Source: Octopus vulgaris (Eukaryota). From it: a DNA stretch of 64,000 bases. Below the pieces are notes generated by a model, which was not told the origin of the DNA, searched no databases, and saw only the letters and a list, made by a program, of their open reading frames with translations. The translations under genes were made by a program, and so were the position numbers. Where the stretch lies: positions 37,820,001-37,884,000 of the forward strand of contig OX597828.1 in the NCBI GenBank assembly GCA_951406725.2, given 5' to 3'. Below are positions 13,719-28,860 of the stretch, one piece after another (positions within the stretch are counted from its first letter, which is position 1; the number at the start of each line of letters is the position of its first letter).

Positions 13719-13773
13719 AATAAAAAATGGAACAAAAACTCTATATTTATATAGAGAAAGACATATATGTATA

Positions 13774-13824
<51 letters not shown>

Positions 13825-15079
13825 GCACATACGAACACACACACACATATATATGTATATATAAATATAAAAATGGAACAAAAACACAATAGAGTGCATT
13901 AAAACGTTCGGGCTGATAGACGATACAAAGGCGGACAAGAGAAAAAACAATTAGGACAGGCCAAAAAGACGGGTCATTCTTTGCTGCCTTTCATTAGTCA
14001 AGATATGCCGTTGAGGTAGACTTTACCAGTTCAGTACTGAAGTCGATGTGATAGATTAGCCTCCACTCCCAGCTCCCATGAAAATTGCTGGCCTTGTGCC
14101 AAATTTGGAAACCATTAAATATATATGGCTGAAGAATATCTGATTTATTTTACTGCTTCATTGAGGTCGTTCATTGCTTCATTGAGGTCGTTCATTGAAA
14201 GCTTTGGCAAACTTTCTTCGTCCATCAACTTTCGACACGCTTCTTCGGTTCTCTTATTCAAGCCCAGCTCTTCAGTAATCAGCAAAATTACAAGGAAAAC
14301 CAAGGAATTTTCTAATCTCAATTCAATTCTATTCTCAACCCAAACAAAGCCAACATTCTTCGCTTTGTTTGTTAACATTATTCGATAATGTTCAAGTTAA
14401 GACGATTAAAAATATAATCGATTCTCTCTCTCTCTTTCTCACTCTCTCTCCCTCACACTCTCTTTCTCTCTCTCTCCCTCTCCCTCCCTCCTTCTCTCTT
14501 TCTCCCTGTCTCTCTCCTCTCTCTCTCACACACATACACGCGGGTGCGCATACACTTTCCTCACTTCCTTCTCGCTACACACACAGACGCTCACACACTC
14601 ACACACACACGCACACACATATATATATTACTTTCCCGTTCTTCTTCCCCACAGTACACAAACTGTACCTTACAGTTTCTCTTTCCTTTCCTCTATTTCT
14701 GTTTCCCTCTTTCTCCTCTGCCTCTCTCTCTCTCTCTCCTTCTCTCTTGCAATCACCATTATGACTTCCAAAATGACAAACTAATTGGCCATCTTCTTTC
14801 AAATGGCATCACAACTTTTACTTTAAGCTTTAAAACTTTATAAGCAACACGACTAACTACCTTACAATACGCTACTCAAATTCTTATGACTATTCTATAT
14901 ACATGTCTCTCCTACGCCAATGAAAAGAAAGCTTATTTCAGACAGAGAATCAATTAAATCGACTTCTATAAAACAGCAACTAATTCTCCATGGTATCACA
15001 ATCAAGGTTTTTGCCAATGCAAAGGGCCACATTAGAAAATATCTCCATATATACCCTTAGCATGATGTGATAATCATGC

Positions 15080-17050
15080 CTGCGAGGAAAGAGATCATAG
15101 GCCTGCACGATCAGTGGTGCTGGTAAACAACCTCGAGCTCGTAGTTGTCGATGGTGATGACAGGTGGTGCCGGCGTGTCTTGACCCATAACGTTTGTCTT
15201 CTTCAGACTGATTGTCATCCCGAAGTCTTTGCAGACCTGGACTAAGCAATCCATCAGCAGCTGTAGTTCCCTCTGAGTGTGAGTCGCAACTGCAGCGTCA
15301 TCAGCTAACAGCATGTCTCTAATGATGACTTCGCGGACTTTTGTCCTCGCTTTTAGGCGGGCAAGATTGAACAGCCTACCATCCCATCTGGTTCGTAAGT
15401 ATATTCCCTCTTGTGCTATGCCAAATGCATGCCTCAGGAGGAGTGAGAAGAAGATCCCGAATAGGGTTGGGGCAAGTGCGCAGCCTTGTTTGACCCTGCT
15501 GCGTATGTCGAAAGGCTGGGAGTGGTTGCCGTTGAACTGCGCAGTCCCTCTCATGTTGGAGTGGAAAGACTCGATTAAGCTGTGCAGTTTTGGAGGACAG
15601 CCGATCTTTAGGAAAGCCTTGAAAAGACCGTCTCTGCTGACAAGATCAAAGGCCCTGATGAGGTCAATGAATGCAACGTAGATGGACATCTGCTGCTCTC
15701 TGCACTTTTCCTGGAGATGGCGAAGGGTGAAGACCATGTCTACCGTGGATCTTTCAGCTCGGAAGCCACACTGTGATTCTGGGTAGATACGTTCAGCCAG
15801 ATTCTGCAAACGGATCAACAGGACCCGAGCATAGACTTGACCAAATACGCTAAGGAGGGAGATACATCTGTAGTTGTTGCAGTCACTTCTTTTGCCCTTA
15901 TTCTTGTAAAAGGTGATGATTTTAACGTCCTTCATGTCTTGCGGAACGCTTCCCTCCTTCCAGCACTGGCAGAGAACCTCGTGCAAGGGGTGTAGCAAGG
16001 TAGACCTGCAGTGCTTGATGAGGTCTGAAGGAATACAAACGCTGCCTGGTGCCTTGCCTGCGGTCAAACTGTCAACGGCCTTACTGAGCTTATCCACGGT
16101 AGACTCTGCATCGAGCTCTTCCATGACTGGTATGCACTCGATGGCGTCAAGGGTTGCAGGTGTCACTGTTGTCTATCTAGAGTAGAGGTCAGAGTAGTGC
16201 TTCACGCATCTCTCCAGCTGCCTGCTACGGTCAGTAATGATTTCCCCGGTGTTGGATTTGAAGGGGGCGTTCTTGCCATGTGTTGGTTCCAGTGCCTTCT
16301 TGATACCATCGTACATGACTCTGATGTTGCCTGTTGCAGCAGCCATCTGAATCCTCTCGCTGTGCTCGGTGCAGTACTCGTTGGCGCAGCGCCTGGCGAT
16401 GTTCTGATCCTTGCTCCTGGCCGCCTTGAGAATCTGTAGGTTTTTCTCGGTGGTTGACCGCTTGTATTCTGCGAGTGCGACGCGCTTGGCCTCAATGACG
16501 GGTTTCATCGCGGACGACTTGGCGTCAAACCAATCATGCGGCTTCGAGGTTTTCTTCCCAAAAGTTGCCAAGCCTGTAGGCCTGGGCAGTGTCATATGGA
16601 GAACAGGCTGATGCCTATGCAAATTTCCCCCACTCTCTACCTCGTTAATGGATCCAAAGGAACAGAGCTGCTACAGTTTGGCGTCAACGCGGTCGCAGGA
16701 GCTGCCAGAACGAAGTTAAGATCAGCATCGAGCTGCCTTAAGGTCTCCGACCCCGGATTTTTCCTCGAGGTTTATTCCTGAAGCCTTTTCCCTGACTGGA
16801 TATTGCCACAAGGCAACGGCGGAGGTTTGAAATTAGAGTTTTCATTCTCCTAGATGGCAGCCTTCCTAGGCTGATGAGCCCCAACTACCCGAAGCATTTA
16901 GTTTTAAGGCGCCAGAGACCCGCCTTTGCCCCTTCTCCTGTCTGTAAAAGCAGTGTCGCCATGAGCAGACTGGGAGTTGAACTTTGGTTGTCAGAGGCTT
17001 TTTGAGACGCACGCCATGTGGGAGCATTTTATAGATAGTGGGCACTTACT
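15080..17050 (-). mobile_element. RTE-clade (BovB-like) LINE remnant with internal deletion
   Basis: ORF 16173..16622 (DWFD...GNIRVMYDGIKK) and ORF 15111..16166 (NNYRCISLLS, PESQCGFR, VKQGCALAPTLF, LLADD, GMTISLKKT). Probable 5' region at 16760-17050. Confidence 0.9.
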
Positions 17051-17163
17051 ACCATAAATTCACTACTACCACAAATTCACAAAAAAACAAAAACAAAAGA
17101 CAAAGCCAGATGGTGTAGACAAGAAACAGATGTATTAGTTTAACGCTCGGGAAGTGAAGAAGT

Positions 17164-17198
17164 TTTTAACGTTTCGAGCCTACGCTCTTCCACAGAAA
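17164..17198 (-). ncRNA. Variant hammerhead-like motif in a Penelope-type repeat
   Basis: Minus strand TTT-CTGTGGA-A-GAGC(GTAG)GCTC-GAAA-CGTT-AAA. The first core box deviates from CUGANGA. A related decayed copy lies at ~4250-4275. Confidence 0.35.
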
Positions 17199-17528
17199 GG
17201 AAAACAGAAAGAAAAAGGAAAGTGTCTAAGTATGTGTATATCTATGTATGTAGGTGTTTACGTTCGTATGTATGTATTCAAAGACTTATTTTTGTACCGT
17301 TTGAAAGATATGATGTTCCGATCTGTGGTCTTATGTGCGGATGTCTGCATGTCTATATGAATGAGTGAGTGAGTGAGTGAGTGAGTGCGTGAGTACGTGA
17401 GTAAGTGAGTGAGAGAGTGAGTATGTGAGTGAGTGAGTTATAAAGAATATCAGAGAACAGTATGAGAAATACATGTATATATTTACATATGTGTGTTTGC
17501 GTGTGTGTAGATGCATAGATACATGTAC

Positions 17529-17612
<84 letters not shown>

Positions 17613-17954
17613 ATAATATATATATATATATATACACATATTGAGAGAGATAGGGGGAGGGGGGAGGGAGAGGAAGAGGGAACTAAAGAAAGAAAAATAG
17701 ATAGTTATGAGTGGTGGGGGATGTAAGTAATGAGAGGAAGTAAGAGAATACCAAAGCAACTGTAGTGAAGGAAAAAATTCTGAGAGGAAATGTTACAAAG
17801 GTCATTGCAAAACTTGGAATCAATAACAAATATTCGTTTCACCTCAATTTTATTTAATTTACATTTGGTTGTTCGTATGTTTCTGTATATGTCTGTATGC
17901 CTGACTGTCTTACTCTGTGTGTATGAGTGTGTGTGTATGTGTTTATCTACATGT

Positions 17955-17997
<43 letters not shown>

Positions 17998-18617
17998 CTT
18001 GTTCATTTGTTTGTGCATATGCCTGTATACCTGTCTGTCTTTGTATGCATGTGTGTGTGTGTGTGGTCTTTTGTGCTCTTGTCTGTATGTGTGTATCTGT
18101 GTGTGTGTGTGTGGTCTTGAGTGTAGTTGTCTGCATGTGTGTGTACATGCATGTGCGTGTGGGTGCTTTGTGTGAGTGAATACTTGTATGTGTGCTATTT
18201 TGTGTATGTATGTGTATATGCGAATAGATGTGTGTTTGAGTGGTTATATGTGCGTGCATTTATGTACGTTTTTTGTATGCATGTGTGTGAGGCTGTACGG
18301 TTGTAATATATGTATGTGTTCGTATGTAAGTTAGTGTATGTAAGTGTATGTGTATGTGTAAGTATTTGTGTAGGTAAATGTATGTATTTATGAGGAAGTG
18401 AGTAAAAGTATGTGTGTGTGCGAGTATGTATTCGGTGTATGTATGTGTGAACGTGAAGGTGTATATTTGTGTGTATGTTTGGTATATTTGTAGGTATGTA
18501 TGCATGAATGCGTTTATGTGTGTATGTGTGTAGATGTAAATGACTACGTGTGTGAGTGTGTTCATGTACATATCTTGCATGTGTATTGTATGTTTATCAC
18601 AGTCTACATATATGAGT

Positions 18618-18985
18618 GGAGGCGCAATGACCCAGTAGTTAAGGCAGCGGACACGCGGTCGAAGGATCGCAGTTTCGATTCCCAGACAGGGCGTTGTGAG
18701 TGTTTATTGAGCGAAAACACTTAAAGCTCCACCAAGTGGCGAACCATGTTGTACTCTTTCACCTCAACTTTCTCTCACTCTCTTTTCCTGTTTTTGTTAT
18801 ACCTGTATTTCAAAGAGTCGGCCTTGTTACACTCTGTGTCACACTGAATCTCCCCGAGAACTACGTCAAGGGTACACACTCATCTTGGAGTGCTCAGCCA
18901 CTTGCACGTTAATTTCACGAGCAGGCTGTTCCATTGATCGGATCAACTGGAACCCTCGTCGTCGTAACCGACGGAGTGCCACGAC
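18618..18985 (+). mobile_element. tRNA-derived SINE family C
   Basis: tRNA-like head GGCGCAATGACCCAGTAGTTAAGGCAGCGG...GTTTCGATTCCC followed by a ~300-bp GC-richer body within low-complexity DNA. Confidence 0.7.
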
Positions 18986-19113
18986 ATATGTGATGTGTCT
19001 TCAATGCGTGATTTAGTATATTTGTGTATATAAGTGTGCATATGCAAGTGTATGTGTGAAAATTGTATATGCCTTGATATAATTGTGCATGCATTTCACG
19101 CATTCATACTTGC

Positions 19114-19150
<37 letters not shown>

Positions 19151-19489
19151 TGAGTGCTTGTAAGTATATGTCTGTAAAATTTCTTCAGAATCTGACTCCA
19201 AGACCAACAACCATTCAAAATCAATAATGTAGAAAACAATCTCGAATTTTGTGTGGCATTTCTCAAAATGAGAAAATACTCATGTTTCCACACATAATTA
19301 GGATCGAGGTAGATACAGTGCTAGGTCCAGGTGAATATGATGCAGCCTGGCCACGAACAAGGGCCTATGATGAAAGTGTGTTGGCCAACCTAATTACAAA
19401 GCGATCATCTTATCTACAACTAGATAAGTATCCCTGCGCCTGTAATGTATGCAAGTATGTGAGTGTGTGTATATATATATCCAGACATA

Positions 19490-19595
19490 CGAGGTATGAT
19501 CAATAACTATCCGGACTGTTGCCATAGTAACGAAGCTAAAGTACGCAGAGTAAAGCCGCTTGCCACGGATTGACTTTGAACCTTGTTGCGCATTT
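19490..19595 (+). mobile_element. Mariner-like terminal fragment
   Basis: TA-CGAGGTATGATCAATAACTATCCGGACT resembles a mariner TIR. No second TIR was seen. Confidence 0.4.
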
Positions 19596-19600
19596 ATTTG

Positions 19601-19879
19601 TAACTCTGTTTTAAATTTTTCCGGGTTCATAGGATCATACTCAAGGTGGCTTCGTCATTCATACGTACCATCCTTGCTACATTCACCCATCTTTTTTTGA
19701 AACATTCGCTAGACAAAATTTGCCTCTCTGCTCTCACCTTCCCTTTCAAGTGATTCTTGAAGAAGTTGATGAGAGATTGACCAAAGAGGAAAGTGTTTGT
19801 CTCTAATCCTTTCAGACGCGTCCACCAGATACATTATTTCGCCATAGCCACAAGTATGATGAAAATAGCCCTTCCTTCC
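19601..19879 (-). mobile_element. Tx1-type LINE family B fragment (ORF2 C-terminus)
   Basis: Highly similar to 46410-46688. The 5'-truncation point abuts a degenerate, then pure, (GATA)n tract at 19880-19972. Confidence 0.88.
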
Positions 19880-19887
19880 AGACAGGC

Positions 19888-19974
<87 letters not shown>

Positions 19975-20081
19975 GAAAATTGAATTCAAGAATAAAAACA
20001 TAAGCTACAAAAGTCAAATGGACGTACACTATGAATTTATGACGGTCGATGGAAGTTTTAGGCGGAATATTAAATGTAAAA

Positions 20082-20153
<72 letters not shown>

Positions 20154-20342
20154 ACAAAGATAGATTATTATCTTCGTCACTAGACTATGAATAATTGTTT
20201 AACAAAATAGTTTATATGCATGATTGTACATGCGTATAAAATAGATATGTTGATGTTTGCTTTGTAATTAGCTGTACACGGACATATATTTCACACGCAT
20301 AGACACACCCTCGCAGACGCACACGCAAATATACGTCTTGAC

Positions 20343-20423
<81 letters not shown>

Positions 20424-20428
20424 ATGAG

Positions 20429-20504
<76 letters not shown>

Positions 20505-20805
20505 CAGATTTTGTTGCGTATTGTATTCGTTGTGCACAATGCGCACGAGAATATGCTCTTGTGCGGAAATACAGAATTATGATTATTTTTGTATTTCATG
20601 GTTTTCTGGCTGTTTCGATGTCGCCTTTGTTACAAATAACTCACACTACCACTACCAATGCGTACACAAAACTGCTGCTACTTCTTTAAAACTATGTCTT
20701 TATTTTGTTATTTTATTTTATTTTTTATTTTATTCATGTATTTATTTTCATTTTCGTCTTTTTGCTCAAGGACAATTTTAGGAGATGGCTATTGAGTTCT
20801 ATGCG

Positions 20806-20849
<44 letters not shown>

Positions 20850-21331
20850 CACCTATGCATATGGATAGAAGGAGAGGGAGGAAAGCAGAGAGAAAGTGGG
20901 AGAGAGAGAGAGAGAGAGAGAGAAGTAGAAGGAGAGATGATAGAAAACTTTATAGAATCTGAGGAAATTAAAAAAAAAATTCGGAGTAAAAGAGCTACAG
21001 AGTCACTATGTGAAACCGAAAAAAAAAGAGAAGGCTTAGAAAACGATGAATTATAAATACATTCATACATGCATACATAGATACATATATAAACATACGC
21101 GCAGGCGTACAACAGACCCAACAAAAATATTTCATTTTGCTCAAGGGATGTTTTCAGAAAATAGCTATGAAAATAGTTATTCCAATGTACATAAGAAATA
21201 CACACACGGACACACAATATATATTTATATATATATGCATACATACATATATACAAGTATATATATATATGTATATATATATACGTGTATATATATATGT
21301 ATATACATACGTATACATATATGCATATGTA

Positions 21332-21368
<37 letters not shown>

Positions 21369-21539
21369 GTATGTATACACACTTATATATATGTGTGTAT
21401 TTGTATGTATTTATATGTACATATATATGTGCATATTTATCTGTGAAATGAAAAATGAAGTTGAGGTACAGATTGAAAATTGAAAGACATGTTCAGACGT
21501 ACAAAATGACGATGATGATGAACGCCGAGAAATGGTGCC

Positions 21540-22129
<590 letters not shown>

Positions 22130-22941
22130 ACCTGAATGTGCAAAAATGTAGAAATGAAGCAGCAACAATAAGGAACCGAAAAGGTGGCATATAGGAAGAG
22201 AGAAAGTGTGGGGAAAGAAAGGAATAAAGTAATAGTGAAGGAGTGAGAGCAAGAGAAAGAGAAAGAACTATGGTTGAGAAAGTGGGAGAAAGAGAGGGGG
22301 AGGAGAGTAATACAGAGAGGAAGAAGCTGTGAAAGAAAGAGAGCGACAGGAGGTGGGGAGTTGAATGAAATGAGAGTGAATGACGAGGATAGGAAACCGA
22401 CAGGAAAGAATGCGTGTAACAGAATTCGTATGAAAGAGTGACACGAACGAAGAAAAATTTGAAAAAAAAAAAACAAGAAAGAAAGGAACGAATAAAATCT
22501 GGAAGAGAATGTATTAAAGAATGAGTGAGAAAATAAATATCTAGAAAATTCGAAAAAATGGGAAGAAAATAAATATCTCAATAAGTTTGTATTAGGAACA
22601 TTTCCCGAGAGATAAACCCAACTTGAAATGAATAGCTAACGGGGAAAAGTTTGTATTTGAATAAAAATCGCTATATTTAAACCGGAATTGTTTGCAGTCA
22701 TAGAAAAGTGAGTTGTGAATCTGGAAAACACGCATTTATATATATATATATATATGTGTGTGTATATATATATACATATGTGTATGTGTGTGTATGTGTG
22801 TGCTTGTGTGTGTGCGAGTGTGTAAGAATAATGCACGTATTTGTACATCTGTTTCGTATGTTTATTTAGAAGTATACATAGTACTTCTTGTTCATGCAGA
22901 TATACGTTCCTATACACACTTACACACGCACAAACACACAC

Positions 22942-23059
<118 letters not shown>

Positions 23060-23409
23060 GTATATATGTATGTATATATGTATATATATGTATAGTCTTG
23101 TGTTGATTTAATTCTTTCCAAACATATAACGATTTCCCTCGAGTGTCAACGTGTTATTATGGCTCTTAGCAAGTAAGAAATGTGACATAAAAGACGAGGA
23201 TGATCGACCGAGTACATTATTACGTGTAGCATCATCTCGCTTGGTTTCGTGTTTAAATTCAGCCTAGGGTGGCTCTTCTTTCATTATTTCTGATTGAATA
23301 ATTATAACTGGAAATAATAAGAATAACCACCGCCAGCCACACCACCACCAACAGCAACAACAGCAACAACGACAAGAATGACAACAGCAACAGCAGTAAT
23401 AATAATAAC

Positions 23410-23505
<96 letters not shown>

Positions 23506-23515
23506 AATAATAATG

Positions 23516-23582
<67 letters not shown>

Positions 23583-23604
23583 TAATAATAATAATAATAA
23601 TAAT

Positions 23605-24416
23605 TGTCAAAATAAAAACACTGGTAATTGCGCAACGTGATAATCGCTACCTCATATGAGTGACAATGAAAAAACAAAATATTGTGAATAACGGTCTTAA
23701 TGAGACTGAAGCCAATGATGGTGACAGTGTTACACCCGGTAGGCTCAGAGATTCTGGTCCGGCTCCAGCCTGTCGATATCCAGAAAGGGACCACCACACA
23801 CGGCGTAGATGGAGCAAACAGATTTATGCTCTGGTCATAGAGTGTTACTATCTCAGCAACCTGGTGGATGAAAATGGTTCTCAAATTAGGGGTTACCAAA
23901 AACGTATATATGATCATTGGAGAGAAAAGGGATTGTTTCAACTCACGGAAGAGAGACTATCTGAGCAAGCTAGAGCAATAAAAAAAAATGTTGGTTCACA
24001 GAAGTAAAGCTCGAAGCTATTAAAAGACGGGTCATGGACAAAAGCAGCATAGATAAGAATGAAAATACAGTTCTTACTAATAAGAGTAATCTCATAGCAC
24101 AGGAAAGGAACAGTGGTAGTTTACTTGATGAGAGATATATAGATGATCTAAAAGAAGACGATAAATCTGATAGCGACATGACAGATGAACAAAAGGCAAT
24201 CTACGACAGAATAAAGGTAAGACTAAAGGAGAACGATGGCATCATTATTTGCAACCATAAAAAGGTTGATCGATTGAAATTGAACCAAGAAACAAAAGAT
24301 GTCAATGAAATTCTGAAATACATCAGAACAAACATCACAGAAACAAATAATTTGATCAAGGGCGGCAAGTATTGTTGTAGTACATCTCAAGCGTTAGAAG
24401 CTGTGCAAAGGCAATT
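23605..24416 (+). mobile_element. R4/Dong-type non-LTR element 5' portion, flanked by (AAT)n
   Basis: ORFs 23660..24007 and 24034..~24375 (frameshift at an A-run) read RRRWSKQ...IECYYLS...GYQKRIYDHW...TEERLSEQARAI...ITETNNLI, typical of R4/Dong N-termini. (AAT)n lies on both sides. Confidence 0.7.
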
Positions 24417-24429
24417 AATAATAATGATG

Positions 24430-24494
<65 letters not shown>

Positions 24495-24580
24495 AAGAAG
24501 AAGAAGAACAACAACAACAACAACAACAACAATAACAACAACAACAACAACAACAACTTCAACAATAACAATAACAATAG

Positions 24581-24674
<94 letters not shown>

Positions 24675-24744
24675 AATAATGTATACTGATAATTTATAAT
24701 AATAATGTATATAAAGTAGCGAACGGAACAAAGCGGGGCTGCAA

Positions 24745-24840
24745 TAAGGGTGGAGCACTTGCAGAAAACAGCACTGCTTGGAACCGCTCGAACACTCCGG
24801 AGGGTACTCGAAAAATAAGGGGTGTTACCTTAGTTCACTA
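24745..24840 (+). pseudogene. R4/Dong-type LINE C-terminal fragment
   Basis: VEHLQKTALLGTARTLRRVLEK* matches the QKxALLGTAxIL terminus of R4-clade ORFs. Confidence 0.7.
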
Positions 24841-25191
24841 TATCATGCTCAAATCGTAGGCGTGATCGAAATGTTTAACACAGTGATACCATATCAGAAA
24901 ATCTATAAATTTATGCATTAAATGATATACCAACAGATAGTAAAATTAAAGTGAAAAACTTTCGCAAGCAAATAGCTGTGGACGTTATATTTTTATCTTC
25001 TACGCGTTCCAGACTAAAGGCTGCGGTCGTGCTTTTGTTATCAAGTTTAAATGCTCGTCCGTATCAAGAGAGTAGACAGATATGTACATCGGCAGGGGGC
25101 GAATAAAATGATATTTAATTAGAGAGGCAGATATATAGATATATAGACAGACAGATAGACAGATTGATAGATTGATTGACTGATAGATTGA

Positions 25192-25226
<35 letters not shown>

Positions 25227-25250
25227 GCAGATAGATAAAAAGATAGATAA

Positions 25251-25332
<82 letters not shown>

Positions 25333-25397
25333 TGATAGATAGAAAGACAGATAGGCAGATAGACAGATAGGTAGATACATATAGAGATAGATAGATA

Positions 25398-26475
25398 TGT
25401 TTCTTTATTAGCAACACAGGGCTGCACACAGACGGGACAGATTACAAAGTAGAGCTTTTCTTTTTTTGGAGAAAATAAAAGTGGGGTAGGTTTTCGATCA
25501 AAAGGGATCGTAAGAGGGAAAGAAGAAAAAACAGAAAAAAAGGAAAAGTAACAAAAGAAAAGAAAAAGAAAAAAGGAGAAAAAAGAAAGGAAAAAACGGG
25601 AAAAAGAAAAAAACGATCAATAGGGATCGGGTATCACAGCGTCATGATGTACGGTGTGAAGGGGGAAGTAGATAAGGTTTATCCGTGGGAAGAAAAGCCT
25701 ACGGAAAAGACCACGATAACCTCGGTTAAATATTGTTACATGTTACCACATTTGTCTGCAAGTGGGTAACCCTCTGTTTTAAATTTCTGGGTTCATAGGA
25801 TTATGCTGAAGGTGGCTTCGTCATTAATACGTGCCATCCTTGCTACATTCACCCATCTTTTTTTTAAACATTCGCTAGACAAAACTTACCTCTCTACTCT
25901 TACTTTCCTTTTCAAGTGATACTTGAAGAAGTTGATGAGAGATTGACCGGAGAGGAAAGTGTTTGTCTCCAATCCTTTCAGACGCGTTCACCAGATACAT
26001 TCTTTCGCCATAGCCACAAGGATGATGAAAATAGCTCTTCATTCCCGTTTAAAAGAAGGAGGCGTGACAATATTGACGATTGACTCGGCTGATAAACCGA
26101 CTCGTCCTACACGTTACAGCAGTTGTTCGACGTAAGCCCACAGGTCGGAAATTATTGGACACTGCACGAGTGCGTGCAGAACGGTTTCGTCGCTCTGACC
26201 GCATCTCGGGCAGGTCAGCCCCGTATTTCTCGAGCCGTGTCTGTAGAGCTTATCCCGAACGGGTAGCGCTTCTCGGTAGCACTGCCAGGCCAGGGATCTC
26301 TGGAAGTTGTCCATGGGCCCTGGCCCGAACAGACGGGTCAGGTATTCCTCGTCGACGTCCAGGTTCCTCCAGTAATCCCCTATAGAATGCTTGGGTTGTG
26401 ATGGAGTCACTCAAGGTCGATCCGGGACGGCAGAGTTGCTTGAGAGCAACGCGACACTCGTGGTGCTATTCGCCC
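25398..26475 (-). mobile_element. 5'-truncated Tx1-type LINE, family B, within (GATA)n
   Basis: ORF2 C-terminus (MDNFQRSLAWQCYREALPVRDK...CPRC...ETVLHALVQC) plus a pyrimidine-rich 3' UTR. (GATA)n lies on both sides. Confidence 0.92.
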
Positions 26476-26542
<67 letters not shown>

Positions 26543-27195
26543 GGATGGATGGATGGATGGATGGATGGATGGATGGATAGAGAGATACGTAGGTGAGTCT
26601 ACAGTACAGTTATATTAATAGATTTGAAGATACTGAGATATATTTGTAGATATGCACATAGAGAGATAAATGAACCGAAAGGAACTGAAAAGAAATGAAA
26701 ACACTACCACTTGATAAATAACTTGGTGTATGCTTCGATAACGTTGAGCAAAGAAAAATAGCTTTTCTTTGTAAATATGAGTATTTTTTTAACTTTTTGA
26801 TTCCTCTTTTATTTCCTAAAAGTATAAAGCACTTGTCAGAAAAAGATACTTGTCAGAAGTATTAAAAGAAGGTAAATAAACAATACTTTCTAATTTCAAT
26901 TCAATTACATTTAAAAGTGCATTTCTTTTTAAATGGTTGGATTTCAAAAGAAGTTTTTTGAAATACTTTGGTTGTTTTTAATATAATAACTTGTTTTCAG
27001 ATCTGCTGTCTTACACAGTGGAATTTCAACGGGTCCCACTAGTAGTTATGATTATCACATTAGCAGACACACAGACATACACACAACCGAAGTTAACAAA
27101 GAACTTACAAGATCTACAAACCAAACTGTAAAATTATATAATTAAACAATAACATTGATTAGAATTACCAGTGAAGTCATCCTTCTCCTTTTTGA

Positions 27196-27228
<33 letters not shown>

Positions 27229-27279
27229 ATGTATATACTATATTCATAGATAGATATCAGTATATACATGTATATGACT

Positions 27280-27459
27280 GCAGGCGTGGATATGTCGAAA
27301 GAAGCTTGCTCTCCAGTCGCTTGATTCTGGGTTCCTCGTGACACCTTGGCCAAGTGTCTTCTATTTTAGCCTCGGGAAGACCAAATCCTTTTGAGTCGAT
27401 TTGGTGGACGGAAACTTAAAAAAACCTGTCATTACACACACACTCACACACACATATAT

Positions 27460-27529
<70 letters not shown>

Positions 27530-27794
27530 ATGTATGTATGTGTGCATGCATGTATTTATATGTGTGTGTGTGTGCCATTGTGTATGTCTTTGTGCCTTAC
27601 CTCATCGCTGCTTGACAACTGGTTCTGGCGTGTTTACGTCCCCGTAACCTAGCGGTTCACGAAAAGAGATCGAGATACTAGTTACTTGGCATGAGAGATA
27701 AATCCTTAGGTCCATTTGTTCGACTAGAACCATTTAGTGCGGTGCTCCAACATGGCCACAGTTACATGACTGTAACACGATAAAGATTAAAAGA
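27280..27794 (+). mobile_element. SINE family B copy, diverged, with expanded internal (TG)n
   Basis: Head, CTTGGCCAAGTGTCTT and the GCGGTGCTCCAACATGGCCACAG tail are recognisable. Confidence 0.78.
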
Positions 27795-28182
27795 ATATGT
27801 ATCTATAATCGTTAATCATTGACCAATTTAGATTTTTTTTCTATCACAAATGTGATTTATTATATCAAAGAAAATATTTTTACACATTTCCTGTTTATTT
27901 TACCGCCGTGTCTAGCCACTAGTATCATTAATTTAATTGATAATTAAATTAAGTATAATATTACCGCGTTCAACATTGCTGCATTTATTTCTTTATTTTA
28001 TCTTCATTTTATCTTCATTGTAGAACATCAGCTGTCATTGAATTTTTCATAAGCGATATTTTGCTAATGGCTAGCATGATTTTTCACGTGAGTGTCCATG
28101 AGAAATTAATAAGGTGCAAAGATATTCACCAACACCGTGATTCGACTCGCTGTCTGTTTGTCTCTCTTCTTCTCTGTCTCTC

Positions 28183-28237
<55 letters not shown>

Positions 28238-28261
28238 AATTATCTAACTTTCCAACTTCTG

Positions 28262-28532
28262 TCTTTTAGCTGTATTAGTGATTAAACTGCAGCCATGCTG
28301 GGGCACCGATTTCAATTGCTTTAGTTCGAACAAATATGTAGTACGCATGATTTTTTTTCAAAAAAATAATACTTATTTTATGGGTGCCTTTTGCTAAACC
28401 GCTAGATTACGGAGATGTGAACTAACCAACAGCAGGTGTCGAACGTTGGTGTGATGTCAAAGACAAAGATACAAATACACAAGGACACATATGAATATGT
28501 ATCTGCATATGCACACACATACATATAAATAT

Positions 28533-28604
<72 letters not shown>

Positions 28605-28860
28605 ATACACTCACACTCCAAACACACTCACTCACACACACATACACACACACACACACACACAAACACACGTACGCACACATACATACGTACGTACATA
28701 CATATGGCAGGCTTACACAAATTTTCCGTCTACCAGATTTACTCAAAAGTGATTGGCCAGCTCGAGGCTATTTTAGAAAACACTTGCCCCAGGTGCCGTG
28801 CAGTGGAAGTGAAACCACGTGGTTGCAAATCGTCCTCCTTAAAGGTACAGCCTTGCTTGG
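28262..28860 (-). mobile_element. SINE family B copy, old
   Basis: GCCATGCTGGGGCACCG tail, ACACTTGCCCCAGG core and an expanded internal microsatellite. Confidence 0.7.

Noticed and set aside
14145-14378. 77-aa ORF ending MNDLNEAMNDLNEAVK
   Set aside because: The periodicity comes from a local 21-bp tandem duplication. No homology or convincing splice context.
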